From positions 1 through 64,000 of the IMG/VR virus record IMGVR_UViG_3300025117_000031: a DNA stretch of 64,000 nucleotides; one strand, written 5' to 3'. Numbering within the stretch: the first letter of the stretch is position 1; every line of letters starts with the position of its first letter. This DNA comes from a virus. A program made the position numbers and the translations under genes. Below, piece after piece: positions 18,967-28,315 of this stretch. The notes below the pieces were generated by a model. That model was not told the DNA's origin and made no database searches. It worked only from the letters and a program-made list of their open reading frames with translations.

Positions 18967-19040
18967 TTCCCGGTAGCTCAGCGGTCTAGAGCGGCCCCTT
19001 TAAGGGGGGCAGGTCCCAGGTTCGAATCCTGGCCGGGGAA
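18967..19040 (+). tRNA. tRNA with TAA anticodon (Leu-reading) but a short variable loop
   Basis: TTCCCGG/CCGGGGA acceptor; GCTC/GAGC D-stem; GCCCC-TTTAAGG-GGGGC; AGGTC; CCAGG-TTCGAAT-CCTGG. Confidence 0.75.
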
Positions 19041-19136
19041 TTGTGGAGACTGGGATAAAAATCCCTTGGGATAAAGAAGGTGAAAGCCCTTTCCTAGACC
19101 ACAAACGTTTTAATTTTGTTTGTCTTGGAGGAATAG

Positions 19137-19544
19137 ATGCGCAAGTACACACGTCCAGTTTATAATGGCTGTTCTCTCCAGGATTTAAAGGGTCTTGTTT
19201 TTGACAAGGTATATAAACGAGAGGAGAATCCGGCTCCGGAGTTTTCTAACGAAGCAATTGTCTTTGAGAATAAAGATGAAAAGTTTATTCTAACCCATTG
19301 GCAAGATTGTTGCGAATCTGTGGTAATTGAAGAAATTCATGGGGATTTGGAGGATTTGGCTGGTGCTTCTATTGTCCAGGCAGAAGAGGAATATAAAAAC
19401 GGGTCACAGAACGGCGGCGATCTTACGGAAACCTGGAGTTTTTATAAGTTTGCGACAATCAAGGGGTACGTTACCATTCGCTTTTATGGAACTTCAAACG
19501 GATATTATAGTGAAAGTGCAGGTTTGTTCAAGTTGGTGAGGTGA
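19137..19544 (+). CDS. Conserved phage-type hypothetical protein
   Basis: HWQDCCESV, TWSFYKFATIKGYV and GTSNGYYSE motifs; GGAGG RBS. Confidence 0.8.
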   Translation: MRKYTRPVYNGCSLQDLKGLVFDKVYKREENPAPEFSNEAIVFENKDEKFILTHWQDCCESVVIEEIHGDLEDLAGASIVQAEEEYKNGSQNGGDLTETWSFYKFATIKGYVTIRFYGTSNGYYSESAGLFKLVR

Positions 19545-20269
19545 TTATTTTTGTTGACTTGTTTGGAAGAATCGTGGTATAAGGAAATATATTAACCCCT
19601 GGAGGTGTTAGGCACATAGAGAAGAACCACAGGAAACTACGCCTGGAGAAAACAACTGCCTTGATACATCGGGCACCTCCTTTCTATGTTGTTGTTTTCT
19701 CATGGGGATTCTCAGTTCTCCGTTCGATTCGGAGCCGGGGAATAGGGGGTAAGTCCTCGGGGAAATGCTGGCCTCTCAAAAAGGCAGATGCACCACGAGT
19801 TTACTGCCCCCGACTTTTTTATTTGTTTGTCTTGCGAGATATATAAAAAGGATCATAAAGGAGGGTCCTAAGCTTGATGGACAATTAAATTATTTGATAA
19901 TGTACTAAAAAAGATTTCAAGTAAGGATTATTATTAACTCATTATTTCGGAAGGGACGGCCTATATGGCTGTCCTCTTCCCATTTGTCTGCCAATATATA
20001 AAAATAATTATACACACATATATATATACATATACCCACATCCAAGCGCGCATATATAATATAGTCAGAATTCGGCCAAGACAGAAAAAAATATATCTTG
20101 ACTCTTGCCAAGATCTCAGGTATAGTCCTCTTAACACTTATTAGCAAGCTACGGCACGAGGAGGATAAGTAAAAAGAATGGAACCTTGGTAGAAAGCTTA
20201 AAGATTTCTTGGGGATTAGATCGTAAGGCATGAGGCTTACTTGTTAGGTTCTGGGGATTGTTTGGGTTG

Positions 20270-20450
20270 GATCTCGGCGGGAACGCGGCTCCACGGGGGT
20301 GCGTTAAGACGCTATCTCCCTGAGCGACAGCCCCCGCCGAATGGGCGAAAGACGCTGGCTTCCCCAGCCGGCCTCGGACGCCAAGTGCCGCCGCCCTCTT
20401 GTCGTCTGGCCTGACAGCCTAAGGACGACAATGGCGGCGGTTTCTTTTTC
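20270..20450 (+). ncRNA. Putative GC-rich structured RNA ending in a terminator-like stem
   Basis: TCGGCGGG/CCCGCCGA, CGCCGCC/GGCGGCG and TTGTCGTC/GACGACAA, followed by a T-run, in an otherwise AT-rich non-coding region. Confidence 0.4.
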
Positions 20451-20579
20451 TTCTCTTGGGATAACGGCTAATGGATTATCATGTATGGTACAAAATGTAC
20501 CATACATGATAACATATGGTCACTTATCTTGGACGGTCAAACAAAAGCACCCATATATTAGTAGTCAGAAAAAAAGACA

Positions 20580-20642
20580 GGCAAACAAAAAAAGAGATTG
20601 ACGCTTCAATTTAAACTTGTTAAGATGTCCAAAGAATCGAAC
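20580..20642 (+). promoter_or_regulatory. Repeated strong promoter module (near-identical copy at ~23009-23073, related copy at 23575)
   Basis: GGCAAAC-A(n)-GAGA-TTGAC(G/A)-CTTCAATTTA..-TA(A/G)A(T/C)..CCAAAGAATCGAAC; upstream ATATGGTCA motif at all three. Confidence 0.75.
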
Positions 20643-20662
20643 GAACCACCAGAGGAGAAAGC

Positions 20663-21406
20663 TTATATATTTTCTTCTTCAGTGCCCCAATGTAACTTCC
20701 TGTGGCAATTAGAGCAGAGAAGAATACATTTTTTTGTTTCTTCCATAAGTTCTTCCATTCTTTTGTTACGATTAGCACAGATAGAGAAGGTTTTCGTTTT
20801 GGGGTCTACATGATGAAAATCATAGATTGATACATGTGGATCGTTATTCCCGCAATGTTGACATTTTCCGCCAAGAAGAGAAATTAAAATTTGTTTCTTT
20901 TGTTTCCAGCGTTCCGATATTTCTTTTCTATAACAAGAAATACACTTCCTTTCGTTCTTATAAAAGAATTCTGGGCTATTAAGAGTTTTATTACAAAGAA
21001 CACAAGTTTTTTGTTTTGGTTCTGGGATGGATTCTTTTTGAATCCTCAAAAGACTAAGACGCTCTTTAAGACAGTCTGGACAATACTTTCTTTTTTTCTT
21101 GCTTGTTCGTTTGAATTTCTTTTGACAAGCAATACAAGTACAAAGCTTGAAGTCTTCAGGATATTGTTTGTTATTTAAAAACAAAGCTTTGCATCTTCTA
21201 GAACAGAAATGTTCTTCGCTTCTCTTTGCTTGAGAAGGAATAAGATAAAAAGTCTTTGTGCAATAACTGCAGGTGGTTCTTGGGGTTTTGTCTTTGTAGT
21301 AGTTGTTTCTACACTCATGCGAACAGAAAAAGTGTTTGTTATTATAGACACGAGAGTTCTTTCTAAGGAATTCCTTTGAGCAGTTATCACAAACTAATAA
21401 TTTCAT
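20663..21406 (-). CDS. HNH endonuclease with multiple zinc-finger repeats
   Basis: LLGGKCQHCG...DFHHVDP...KCILLCSNCHRKLH; repeated CxxC and FCS motifs. Confidence 0.88.
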   Translation of the reverse strand: MKLLVCDNCSKEFLRKNSRVYNNKHFFCSHECRNNYYKDKTPRTTCSYCTKTFYLIPSQAKRSEEHFCSRRCKALFLNNKQYPEDFKLCTCIACQKKFKRTSKKKRKYCPDCLKERLSLLRIQKESIPEPKQKTCVLCNKTLNSPEFFYKNERKCISCYRKEISERWKQKKQILISLLGGKCQHCGNNDPHVSIYDFHHVDPKTKTFSICANRNKRMEELMEETKKCILLCSNCHRKLHWGTEEENI

Positions 21407-21546
21407 TGTATTTATCTCTCCTGTCCTAACTAGTGCCACGGTTAACCAAAAACTTAAAAATCTTTGTTGACTTTCAAAACGGTTTGGTGTATTATCTGTT
21501 TTGTTGGGATGAAGAAAACCGAAAGAAAACAAAGGAGTACAAAGCA

Positions 21547-22563
21547 ATGGCACACGGAATTATGGCAGAAGATACACTTTTTTTTAATCTCCTCAACGGA
21601 AAGCCATGGCATGGCCTTGGCACCGGGGTCGATGGTCTGGTGACGGTCCAGGACGCGATCCGGCTGGCCAACCTCGGCTGGACGGTGAGCAAGCGGGATC
21701 TCTTCCTGGCCAGCGGCACCAAGCTCGAAAACAACTTCGCCATCGTTCGCGACGACATCAACCTGCCGCTCGGCGTTGTCAAGGGGCGTTACCAGATCTT
21801 GCAAAACACCGAGGCTTTCGGTGTGATCGATCAGATGATGTTGCAGGGCGAGGCCCGCATCGACACGGCCGGCTCGCTCTTCAACGGGGCGCGCACTTGG
21901 ATGCTGGTCGAGTTGTCCGAAGCCCTGAAGATCGGCGACGACAAGGTTCTGCCTCACATGATGGTGTCCACGACCCACGACGGGACCGGCGCGGTGTGGG
22001 CGCTTCTCACCGGGACGCGAGTTGTGTGCATGAATACGCTCCGGATGGCGGTCCACGGGGCCAAGCGGGAGCACAAGGTCCGGATTCCGCATGTCGGCAA
22101 CATGGAGGCCAAGATCCGCGAGGCTATGGTTACCCTGGGTGTGGCCAAGGACTACTTCGCGGCGCTCCAGGCCCAGGCCGAGAGCATGATGCGCAGCCCG
22201 ATCACTGAGATTCAGATGCAAGCCCTTGTCGAGGGGATTTTCCCCACGACCAAGGACGAGAGCGAGAAGGTCCCGACCCGCACCCTGAACATGCGGCAGA
22301 CTGTCACGGATCTGTTCCAGACTGGCGGCATGGGTCTCGACGCCTATCGCGGCACCGCCTGGGGAGCCTACCAGGCCGTGGTCGAGTACGTGGATCACCA
22401 CAGCACGCTCAAGGGCCAGGACGGACCCGAGGCCAATGATCGCCGCCTGGATCATATCTTCTTCTCTGGTCGGGGCCAGGATATGAAAGACAAGGCGCAG
22501 AGCATCCTGGAGAGCATCATGGATGCCAGCGTCAACGTCCACCCCGTCACCGTCCCCGCCTGA
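21547..22563 (+). CDS. DUF932 / phage-plasmid-like protein
   Basis: PWHGLG, LQNTEAF, AGSLFNG, THDGTG, RVVCMNTL, GTAWGAYQAVVEYVDH; markedly high GC. Confidence 0.9.
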   Translation: MAHGIMAEDTLFFNLLNGKPWHGLGTGVDGLVTVQDAIRLANLGWTVSKRDLFLASGTKLENNFAIVRDDINLPLGVVKGRYQILQNTEAFGVIDQMMLQGEARIDTAGSLFNGARTWMLVELSEALKIGDDKVLPHMMVSTTHDGTGAVWALLTGTRVVCMNTLRMAVHGAKREHKVRIPHVGNMEAKIREAMVTLGVAKDYFAALQAQAESMMRSPITEIQMQALVEGIFPTTKDESEKVPTRTLNMRQTVTDLFQTGGMGLDAYRGTAWGAYQAVVEYVDHHSTLKGQDGPEANDRRLDHIFFSGRGQDMKDKAQSILESIMDASVNVHPVTVPA

Positions 22564-22572
22564 TCTTCCTAA

Positions 22573-22853
22573 GCTACTTAAGACTTGAACTGTAAATTCG
22601 TTGGTCAACACGACTGCTGACAGATGAAACAACGAATTTGTAAAAAAAGTCAACATATTTCGCTTCGTGTGCTATATTTATAGCATGTCGAAGTTTCGTA
22701 CTACGACGTATGAAAGAACCGCCGCCTTGGCGGGGATAGCCTGCTGTCAAGAAAGCTCTGGCTCTAGTCGTAAGACCAGAACGAAACTTTCTCTTGGGCA
22801 GGAATCGAGCAGCCGTGTTAGCTAAAGAGTTCATGGTTTAAGTCTCGAATGGG
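22573..22853 (+). mobile_element. Mini TnpB element (MITE-like), copy 2
   Basis: Promoter end fused to the omegaRNA end of the 783-2171 element; ends ...TTAAGTCTCGAATGGG; left inverted repeat degenerate. Confidence 0.85.
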
Positions 22854-22915
22854 AAGATAAATAAAAAAACAACCTGCAAGACCGGGCGCCCAATGGCCCG
22901 GCATTTAAATATATA

Positions 22916-22969
22916 TAAAAATACATATACATAAATATACATTAAAAATACATATACATAAATATACAT
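22916..22969. repeat. 27-bp AT-rich tandem duplication
   Basis: TAAAAATACATATACATAAATATACAT x2. Confidence 0.8.
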
Positions 22970-23104
22970 ATATGGTCACGTATTGCATAGCATCGAATAA
23001 ATCGGCAAGGCAAACAAAAAAAAAGAGATTGACACTTCAATTTAGATTTGATAGACTGCCCAAAGAATCGAACAGACAAGGCAAGAAAAAGAAAAGAGGA
23101 CGCC

Positions 23105-23431
23105 ATGACAAAGACAGAAAAGCAAGAACAGCTCCAGGCATCTCGCAAGAGACTCGAAAGCCTTGTGTCACCTGGACAGCGCATTTTCGCAAGGTACGAG
23201 TCGCGGTCCCGTTCTGGAATGTATCGAACCGTGCGCCTGTATGTGATTCAAGGTGAGGATTTGATCAACATCACAGGAGCAGTGGCAACGGTTCTGGCAT
23301 GGCGCTACGACAGACGCCATGAGGCAATCGGTTATAAAGGTTGCGGGTTTTCTGCAACAGACGAAGCGGTCATGGACCTGAGTCTTGCGCTTTTTAATAA
23401 CGCATATGCTCTTCAATGCTGCACGTTCTGA
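23105..23431 (+). CDS. Hypothetical protein (SRSGM motif)
   Basis: Own promoter at 23029-23057; GAGG RBS. Confidence 0.7.
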   Translation: MTKTEKQEQLQASRKRLESLVSPGQRIFARYESRSRSGMYRTVRLYVIQGEDLINITGAVATVLAWRYDRRHEAIGYKGCGFSATDEAVMDLSLALFNNAYALQCCTF

Positions 23432-23657
23432 GCAAGGCAAAGAAAAAAACAAGGACTAGGACAAACCATAGGACAGAAGAGATGGCGTTGTAGTGCAACA
23501 TATGGTCATGGAGGCTAAACAAATAGACACATATATATAGAGACAATAAAAACATGTTGGTTGTCGGATTTTTATTGACTGTCAATTTAAATTCGTGTAG
23601 AGTGGTTTCATTGCACGAAGAAAACAAACAGTCAAACAACAGTAGGAGACACAGGCA

Positions 23658-24209
23658 ATGACAACCAACAATGCGCTTCAGGATAAGGTTTCTTCTCTTC
23701 AAGCACAGGCAGCAGAACTTCAGGCGAAGGCAAATGAAATTCAGGCATCATTGATGGTTTATACCTCGTCTGCCGCTTTTGTGGCAGCCGTCAAGAAGGA
23801 CAAGGAAATTAACGACATCTGCTGGAACGAAAAGATCGGCGTTCTTCATACCTACGGTGGCAACGATTTTTTGAACGCCACCCCAAAGGAGCTGTTTGGC
23901 AACAGGATTCCTGCGGTCCCTGCGGTTCCTTCCTGTCCTGCTGGAGCATGTTCCGATTGTCGGGAAGGGTACGAAGAGATTATTCTGAGCTTGGTGAAAG
24001 ATAAGGCCAATTGGATGATGGAAGAAGGATGGTGGACCGGCCATGTCCACTGTGTGAAGCTTCGCAGGCTTGTTGTTGAGAAAGTTGGAGGGGAGAGAAA
24101 TTTCTCGCAAGGTAGATATAGTGCGACTCTCCGTCGCTTGGTTAACCGGCAGTGTTTGGAACAGGATGGTCGCTCACTCAACACATCTTATAAGATCAAA
24201 AACGGCTAG
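23658..24209 (+). CDS. Hypothetical protein, possible C-terminal winged helix
   Basis: Own promoter at 23575; AGGAG RBS. Confidence 0.65.
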   Translation: MTTNNALQDKVSSLQAQAAELQAKANEIQASLMVYTSSAAFVAAVKKDKEINDICWNEKIGVLHTYGGNDFLNATPKELFGNRIPAVPAVPSCPAGACSDCREGYEEIILSLVKDKANWMMEEGWWTGHVHCVKLRRLVVEKVGGERNFSQGRYSATLRRLVNRQCLEQDGRSLNTSYKIKNG

Positions 24210-24428
24210 ATCTGTGTCTGTACCTCATCCTTCCTTCTGCCCTTCCCCGTTAGTCCCGTCTAGATCATGTGAGATAGCCTGATCTGATCTCGCCAAGAAA
24301 GAAAAAGAATTGAGAGATCTCGCGGAGTTAGGGCAAGAGAAGAAAAAAGATCTAGACCCTGGGCCACGAACCGATCTAAGTTTCCTGGACAGTCAAACAA
24401 CGGTTCTAACCAAGGGGAGAAAAAACAA

Positions 24429-24560
24429 ATGAACCGCAACGCTCTTCTCGCCTCGCTCCGTTCCCAGATCACTCCTCGTGCATTGGTCCTGGCTGGCGTC
24501 TTTGACACGCTGTGTCTGGTGGCAATCGTGGTGGCGATCCTGGTCTCGTGCCTGTCTTGA
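24429..24560 (+). CDS. Small membrane peptide
   Basis: GGGGAG RBS; MNRNALLASLRSQITPRALVLAGVFDTLCLVAIVVAILVSCLS*. Confidence 0.5.
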   Translation: MNRNALLASLRSQITPRALVLAGVFDTLCLVAIVVAILVSCLS

Positions 24561-24590
24561 CAAGACACAAAAAAAGAAAGAGGTATATAT

Positions 24591-24914
24591 ATGAACACCC
24601 AGATCAACGCTCAGCGACTTCTGCCCGCGCCTCGCCAGCCTAAGGCTCTGCTCTACCCTGCCCGGCAGCCCGTGTCCGTCCGCCTGGCCATGCGTCGACG
24701 CGAAGATAACAGCCGCGTCACATGGGCTGGCTTGCCTCTGGCTGAGCTGGCTTCCAGGGTCGGCCGCTACGCCATGGCACTGGACAGCGACGGCAGCTCA
24801 ACCGATCTGTGGCGCTTTTGCGATGGGAGCGCGATGACTCGCGACGTGTTGGGAGTGCTGGCGTTCTGGCGCAGCGCGTCGGACGTCGACGTCGAGATCC
24901 TGGCCAGCGAATAG
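24591..24914 (+). CDS. Hypothetical protein (GC-rich)
   Basis: GAGG RBS, ORF. Confidence 0.6.
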   Translation: MNTQINAQRLLPAPRQPKALLYPARQPVSVRLAMRRREDNSRVTWAGLPLAELASRVGRYAMALDSDGSSTDLWRFCDGSAMTRDVLGVLAFWRSASDVDVEILASE

Positions 24915-24946
24915 TCGCAAGGCAAGAAAAAGAAAATGGCGAGACA

Positions 24947-24988
24947 GGGGGGGGACCCCTCCCCCCTCCCCTCCCTCCCCCGCCCGGG
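24947..24988. other. G-run/C-run low-complexity tract (G-quadruplex-capable on the - strand)
   Basis: GGGGGGGGACCCCTCCCCCCTCCCCTCCCTCCCCCGCCCGGG. Confidence 0.6.
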
Positions 24989-25357
24989 ATCTATGTCTCC
25001 GGGGATCGGCCAAGCATCAGGAGGGAGCTATACCCGTTTCCCATACGGGGATAATTTTTACACAGATCCGTCCCCTTCTGCCGTCCTCTTCTGCCTTCTG
25101 GCTTCAGCAAAGTTCACAGCTAGCTCACAATAAGATTAAATAAAGTATCACATATCCCGCGCCCTCGCACCCACAATATCCCACATTGTCTTAAAAAAAA
25201 GATCATGTTCCGCCTTTTTTGAAGAATTCCGGAGGTTTCTTGGCGAATTTGAAAAAAAGATATGGATGTCATGGGACGGAAAAATCCGGGGGAATATTTT
25301 GGTATAGATTGCCCAAGGAGGGATGGCAAGGAAGAAAATATAAAAAAGAAGTATATT

Positions 25358-25551
25358 CCCCTTCGTATGTTATATTTATAGTATGTCGAAGTTTCGTACT
25401 ACGACCCATGAAAGAACCGCCGCCCTGGCGGGGATAGCCTGCTGTCAAGAAAGCTCTGGTTCTGGCCTTGCGGCGAGAACGAAACTTTCTCATGGGCAGG
25501 AATCGAGCAATCATGTTAACTAAGGAGTTCATGGTTTAAGTCTCGAAGGGG
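25358..25551 (+). mobile_element. Mini TnpB element, copy 3 (left end further deleted)
   Basis: CCCCTTCG joined directly to the promoter segment; intact omegaRNA end ...TTAAGTCTCGAAGGGG. Confidence 0.85.
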
Positions 25552-25603
25552 AAAAGAGCTATTTATTAGGGCAATGCCAAGAGAGGCAAAAGGAATAAAA
25601 TAA

Positions 25604-26170
25604 ATGAAGAATAAGGCTCTTTATAGATTAATAAAAGAAGAGTGCGAGGACGTATTCACAAATAAAAATAAAAAGGCTTCTCTTGCCCCTGTTTCGGAAG
25701 AGTTTGAGCCCGAGAGAAAGAAATCTTTTGATGAGAATCGTTGCAATGATGTTGCTTCGAAGGTTTTAAAGATTGCTCGAGATAAGCTTCCCAAGATTCA
25801 GGTTGGCCTGAAGAGGGAAAGCACCAGCAAGCCTTTGATGTCCAATGGCAGTCTTTCTTATTATTATCCTGTGAAAGATGGAACCGAAAACGATAACGAT
25901 TTCTTTTTGGATCTTTATTTGGGAGATTTTGAAGGAAGGCCAAATCCAAGAGTTTTATGGGTTTGTTTAACGCATGGGGACAAGAGCGTTGCTGCTGTGG
26001 ATAAGACAACTGCTCCAACGAGACTTGGAACGAAAGCTCCTGGTTCTAGTTATTCTCATGATGAAAAGACGGAAAAGGGTTGTTTAAAGTTTATCTCTTC
26101 GGAATCAAATTTTGAGATTGCAGCAAAGGTTGCCGAAGAAGTTATGAAAATTATTCCATTTGGGAAATAA
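25604..26170 (+). CDS. Hypothetical protein (LxRLIKEE N-terminus)
   Basis: Preceded by a CTATTTA motif; N-terminus resembles that of 38127. Confidence 0.7.
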   Translation: MKNKALYRLIKEECEDVFTNKNKKASLAPVSEEFEPERKKSFDENRCNDVASKVLKIARDKLPKIQVGLKRESTSKPLMSNGSLSYYYPVKDGTENDNDFFLDLYLGDFEGRPNPRVLWVCLTHGDKSVAAVDKTTAPTRLGTKAPGSSYSHDEKTEKGCLKFISSESNFEIAAKVAEEVMKIIPFGK

Positions 26171-26172
26171 AC

Positions 26173-26484
26173 CTAACCCAGCTTTGGCGGTTTGCTTCTT
26201 GGTTCGTCTTGATATGCTTTTGTTAAATCTTCTGCGCATTCTTTGCAAATATATCTCAGATAGAAATATTTATTCTTTTTTGTTTCTGGGATGTAGTTAA
26301 CTTCAAAAGAAAAGAATCTGATTATGAGTTTATTGCAAATTTCGCATCTTGGAAAAGCCTTTGTTGTAAGCACTCTGGGAATCGGACCAGGATTAAATTC
26401 ATCGCAGACGTATTCTGGACGCTCTTCTGTGCAGCGGTAGAAGCACCCGTCTTTCCCATCTTTGAATGGAGGCAAGGACTTCAT
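26173..26484 (-). CDS. Hypothetical Cys-rich protein
   Basis: ORF with CxxC pairs, overlapping operon. Confidence 0.6.
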   Translation of the reverse strand: MKSLPPFKDGKDGCFYRCTEERPEYVCDEFNPGPIPRVLTTKAFPRCEICNKLIIRFFSFEVNYIPETKKNKYFYLRYICKECAEDLTKAYQDEPRSKPPKLG

Positions 26485-26804
26485 TTTATCTTCCTATTTC
26501 GTCTCAAGAGCCAATCAAAACAATTGTCATAATCGTAGTATGACTTTTCGCCCTTTCCTTTACAGCTTGGATAGAAGTAACCGAAGCCGTTATAGCTATC
26601 TATCAAATCCCACAAAACTTTAAAATTAAAATATTTCATTCCTTCGGGAGGTAGCTCAATATCGTTTGGGGCTTCTTCCATTGGCTTTAATGCTATACGG
26701 CAAACAAGTCTTTTACGACTAATCTTTGCGTATGTTGTATAAGCGGTTTTTCCCTTTGCATCGGGTTCGTTTCCAAGAGGATAAATTTTTGTTGTCTTTG
26801 GCAT
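26481..26804 (-). CDS. Hypothetical protein
   Basis: GAGG RBS before MPKTT. Confidence 0.6.
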   Translation of the reverse strand: MPKTTKIYPLGNEPDAKGKTAYTTYAKISRKRLVCRIALKPMEEAPNDIELPPEGMKYFNFKVLWDLIDSYNGFGYFYPSCKGKGEKSYYDYDNCFDWLLRRNRKIK

Positions 26805-26805
26805 T

Positions 26806-27054
26806 TTATTCCTCTGAGAGCGGAGACCAAGAAAGTATAATAGAGTTGTTTGCAAAATCTTCTTTTAACACATATCCCAAAGTCTGAAGGTTTAGCAAAC
26901 AAGCTTTGAATTCATCATCTGATAGTCTACAATATTCGAAATGTTCAAGAACAATAAAATTCTTCCCACCTTTTGCAGCTTGCAGTATTCTTTCTTCCAT
27001 CATTTTTTCAATTGCAATATATGTTCTCTCGGCCGCTTGTTTTGCTGTAAACAT
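26806..27054 (-). CDS. Hypothetical protein
   Basis: Operon spacing. Confidence 0.6.
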   Translation of the reverse strand: MFTAKQAAERTYIAIEKMMEERILQAAKGGKNFIVLEHFEYCRLSDDEFKACLLNLQTLGYVLKEDFANNSIILSWSPLSEE

Positions 27055-27055
27055 T

Positions 27056-27697
27056 TTACAACCTCATTCCTTCGAATTCTTCTTCGCAGACAAGTTGTTC
27101 CAACATATAAAAAAATTCGGGGGAAGAACGAATCAGCTTAAAAAGTGGATTATCATCTAATTGTGAATAAAACTCCATGAAAGGATATTTTAGAGAGGGA
27201 TAAAGATAAAAAACGTCTTCTATATTTCTATTGTCTTCAAACTGAGACCAGTTAAAAGTTGGGCTTATTTCGTCAAAAAAATCTTTCCAAACTTTAACTT
27301 TATTTTTTGTTTCTACAGAAGGGTCAAATAAGTCTTCCGCAGAGATTGCTTTAAGTTTTTCGCTTTTGTTTTGGTAATAGGCTTCATATAGAAGGAAATC
27401 AATAAAAGAAGCGAGAGGAACGTTGCCTTTTCGTTGATTATTGTCGTCAAATATGGCTTCATAAACGGCAGAGTATAAAGAATCCAAATTTTCGTGTTTC
27501 TTTAGAAAAAACTGTTCTTTGAAGAGACAGAGAATTTCAAAGTTACTTACTTCTGTCTCACTGCAGTATCCTTCTTTCTTCAGAAGTTCAAACCACTTTT
27601 CGTTAACTTCTTTAGTATCGAATTCGAGCCACCGAAGATAATCATCAACAACACAGAACATTTTTCGAAGGTCTTCTAGAGCATAACTGTTTTTCAT
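27056..27697 (-). CDS. Hypothetical acidic protein
   Basis: RBS supplied by the ankyrin cassette tail; MKNSYAL start. Confidence 0.7.
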   Translation of the reverse strand: MKNSYALEDLRKMFCVVDDYLRWLEFDTKEVNEKWFELLKKEGYCSETEVSNFEILCLFKEQFFLKKHENLDSLYSAVYEAIFDDNNQRKGNVPLASFIDFLLYEAYYQNKSEKLKAISAEDLFDPSVETKNKVKVWKDFFDEISPTFNWSQFEDNRNIEDVFYLYPSLKYPFMEFYSQLDDNPLFKLIRSSPEFFYMLEQLVCEEEFEGMRL

Positions 27698-28233
27698 TTT
27701 GTTTCCTTTTTCTTGTCCAAATTCCATTTCTTGACGACTTCTGGCATTTCTTTGTTATAGTGGTCGGGGTTATGTTGATAAAGAATCTTCACGACCTCAA
27801 CATGGCCTTTTTCCGAAGCCCGTCGGATGGCAAGGTTGTTATCGGCCGTTGGATCAACCCTCTTGTCGGAAAGAAGAATCTTCACGACCTCAACATGGCC
27901 GTTTGCCGAAGCCCATCGGATGGCATAGTTGTCATCGGCCGTTGGATCAACCCTCTTGTCGGAAAGAAGAATCTTCACGACCTCAACATGGCCTTTTGCC
28001 GAAGCCAATTGGATGGCAGTGTTGTCATCGGCCGTTGGATCAATCCTCTTGTCGGAAAGAAGAATCTTCACGACCTCAACATGGCCGTTTGCCGAAGCCA
28101 CTCGGATGGCAGCGTTGTCATCGGCCGTTGGATCGAACACATCCATCGACAGAATTAAAGCCGCTTCCTTGTCTTTGCCTTTATTGCAAAGCTCCCAAAA
28201 AAGCCGCTCTCCTCTGTTTTGTTCTCTTTCCAT
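27694..28233 (-). CDS. Ankyrin-repeat protein, copy B (4 repeats)
   Basis: 93-bp units; promoter TTGACA-N17-TATCCT 8 nt before the ATG (leaderless). Confidence 0.92.
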   Translation of the reverse strand: MEREQNRGERLFWELCNKGKDKEAALILSMDVFDPTADDNAAIRVASANGHVEVVKILLSDKRIDPTADDNTAIQLASAKGHVEVVKILLSDKRVDPTADDNYAIRWASANGHVEVVKILLSDKRVDPTADNNLAIRRASEKGHVEVVKILYQHNPDHYNKEMPEVVKKWNLDKKKETK

Positions 28234-28315
28234 TTCGGCCGAGGATAACAAAAATAAAAGAAGATGTCAAGCTTTTTGTTATTTATGCTATATTTATTCC
28301 AAGGAGAGGAAAACA

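Noticed and set aside
20318-20355. Hammerhead ribozyme (CTGA..GA..GCCC/GGGC-GAAA)
   Set aside because: Core spacing deviates from CUGANGA, and stems I and III cannot be formed convincingly
21617-21628. 12-bp match CCCCGGTGCCAA between spacer 2 and the DUF932 gene (self-targeting)
   Set aside because: A 12-mer hit is expected by chance for four spacers against 64 kb on both strands, and the flanks do not match
21454-22656. 400-aa - strand ORF and other overlapping ORFs
   Set aside because: Antisense or alternate-frame shadows of the GC-rich DUF932 gene
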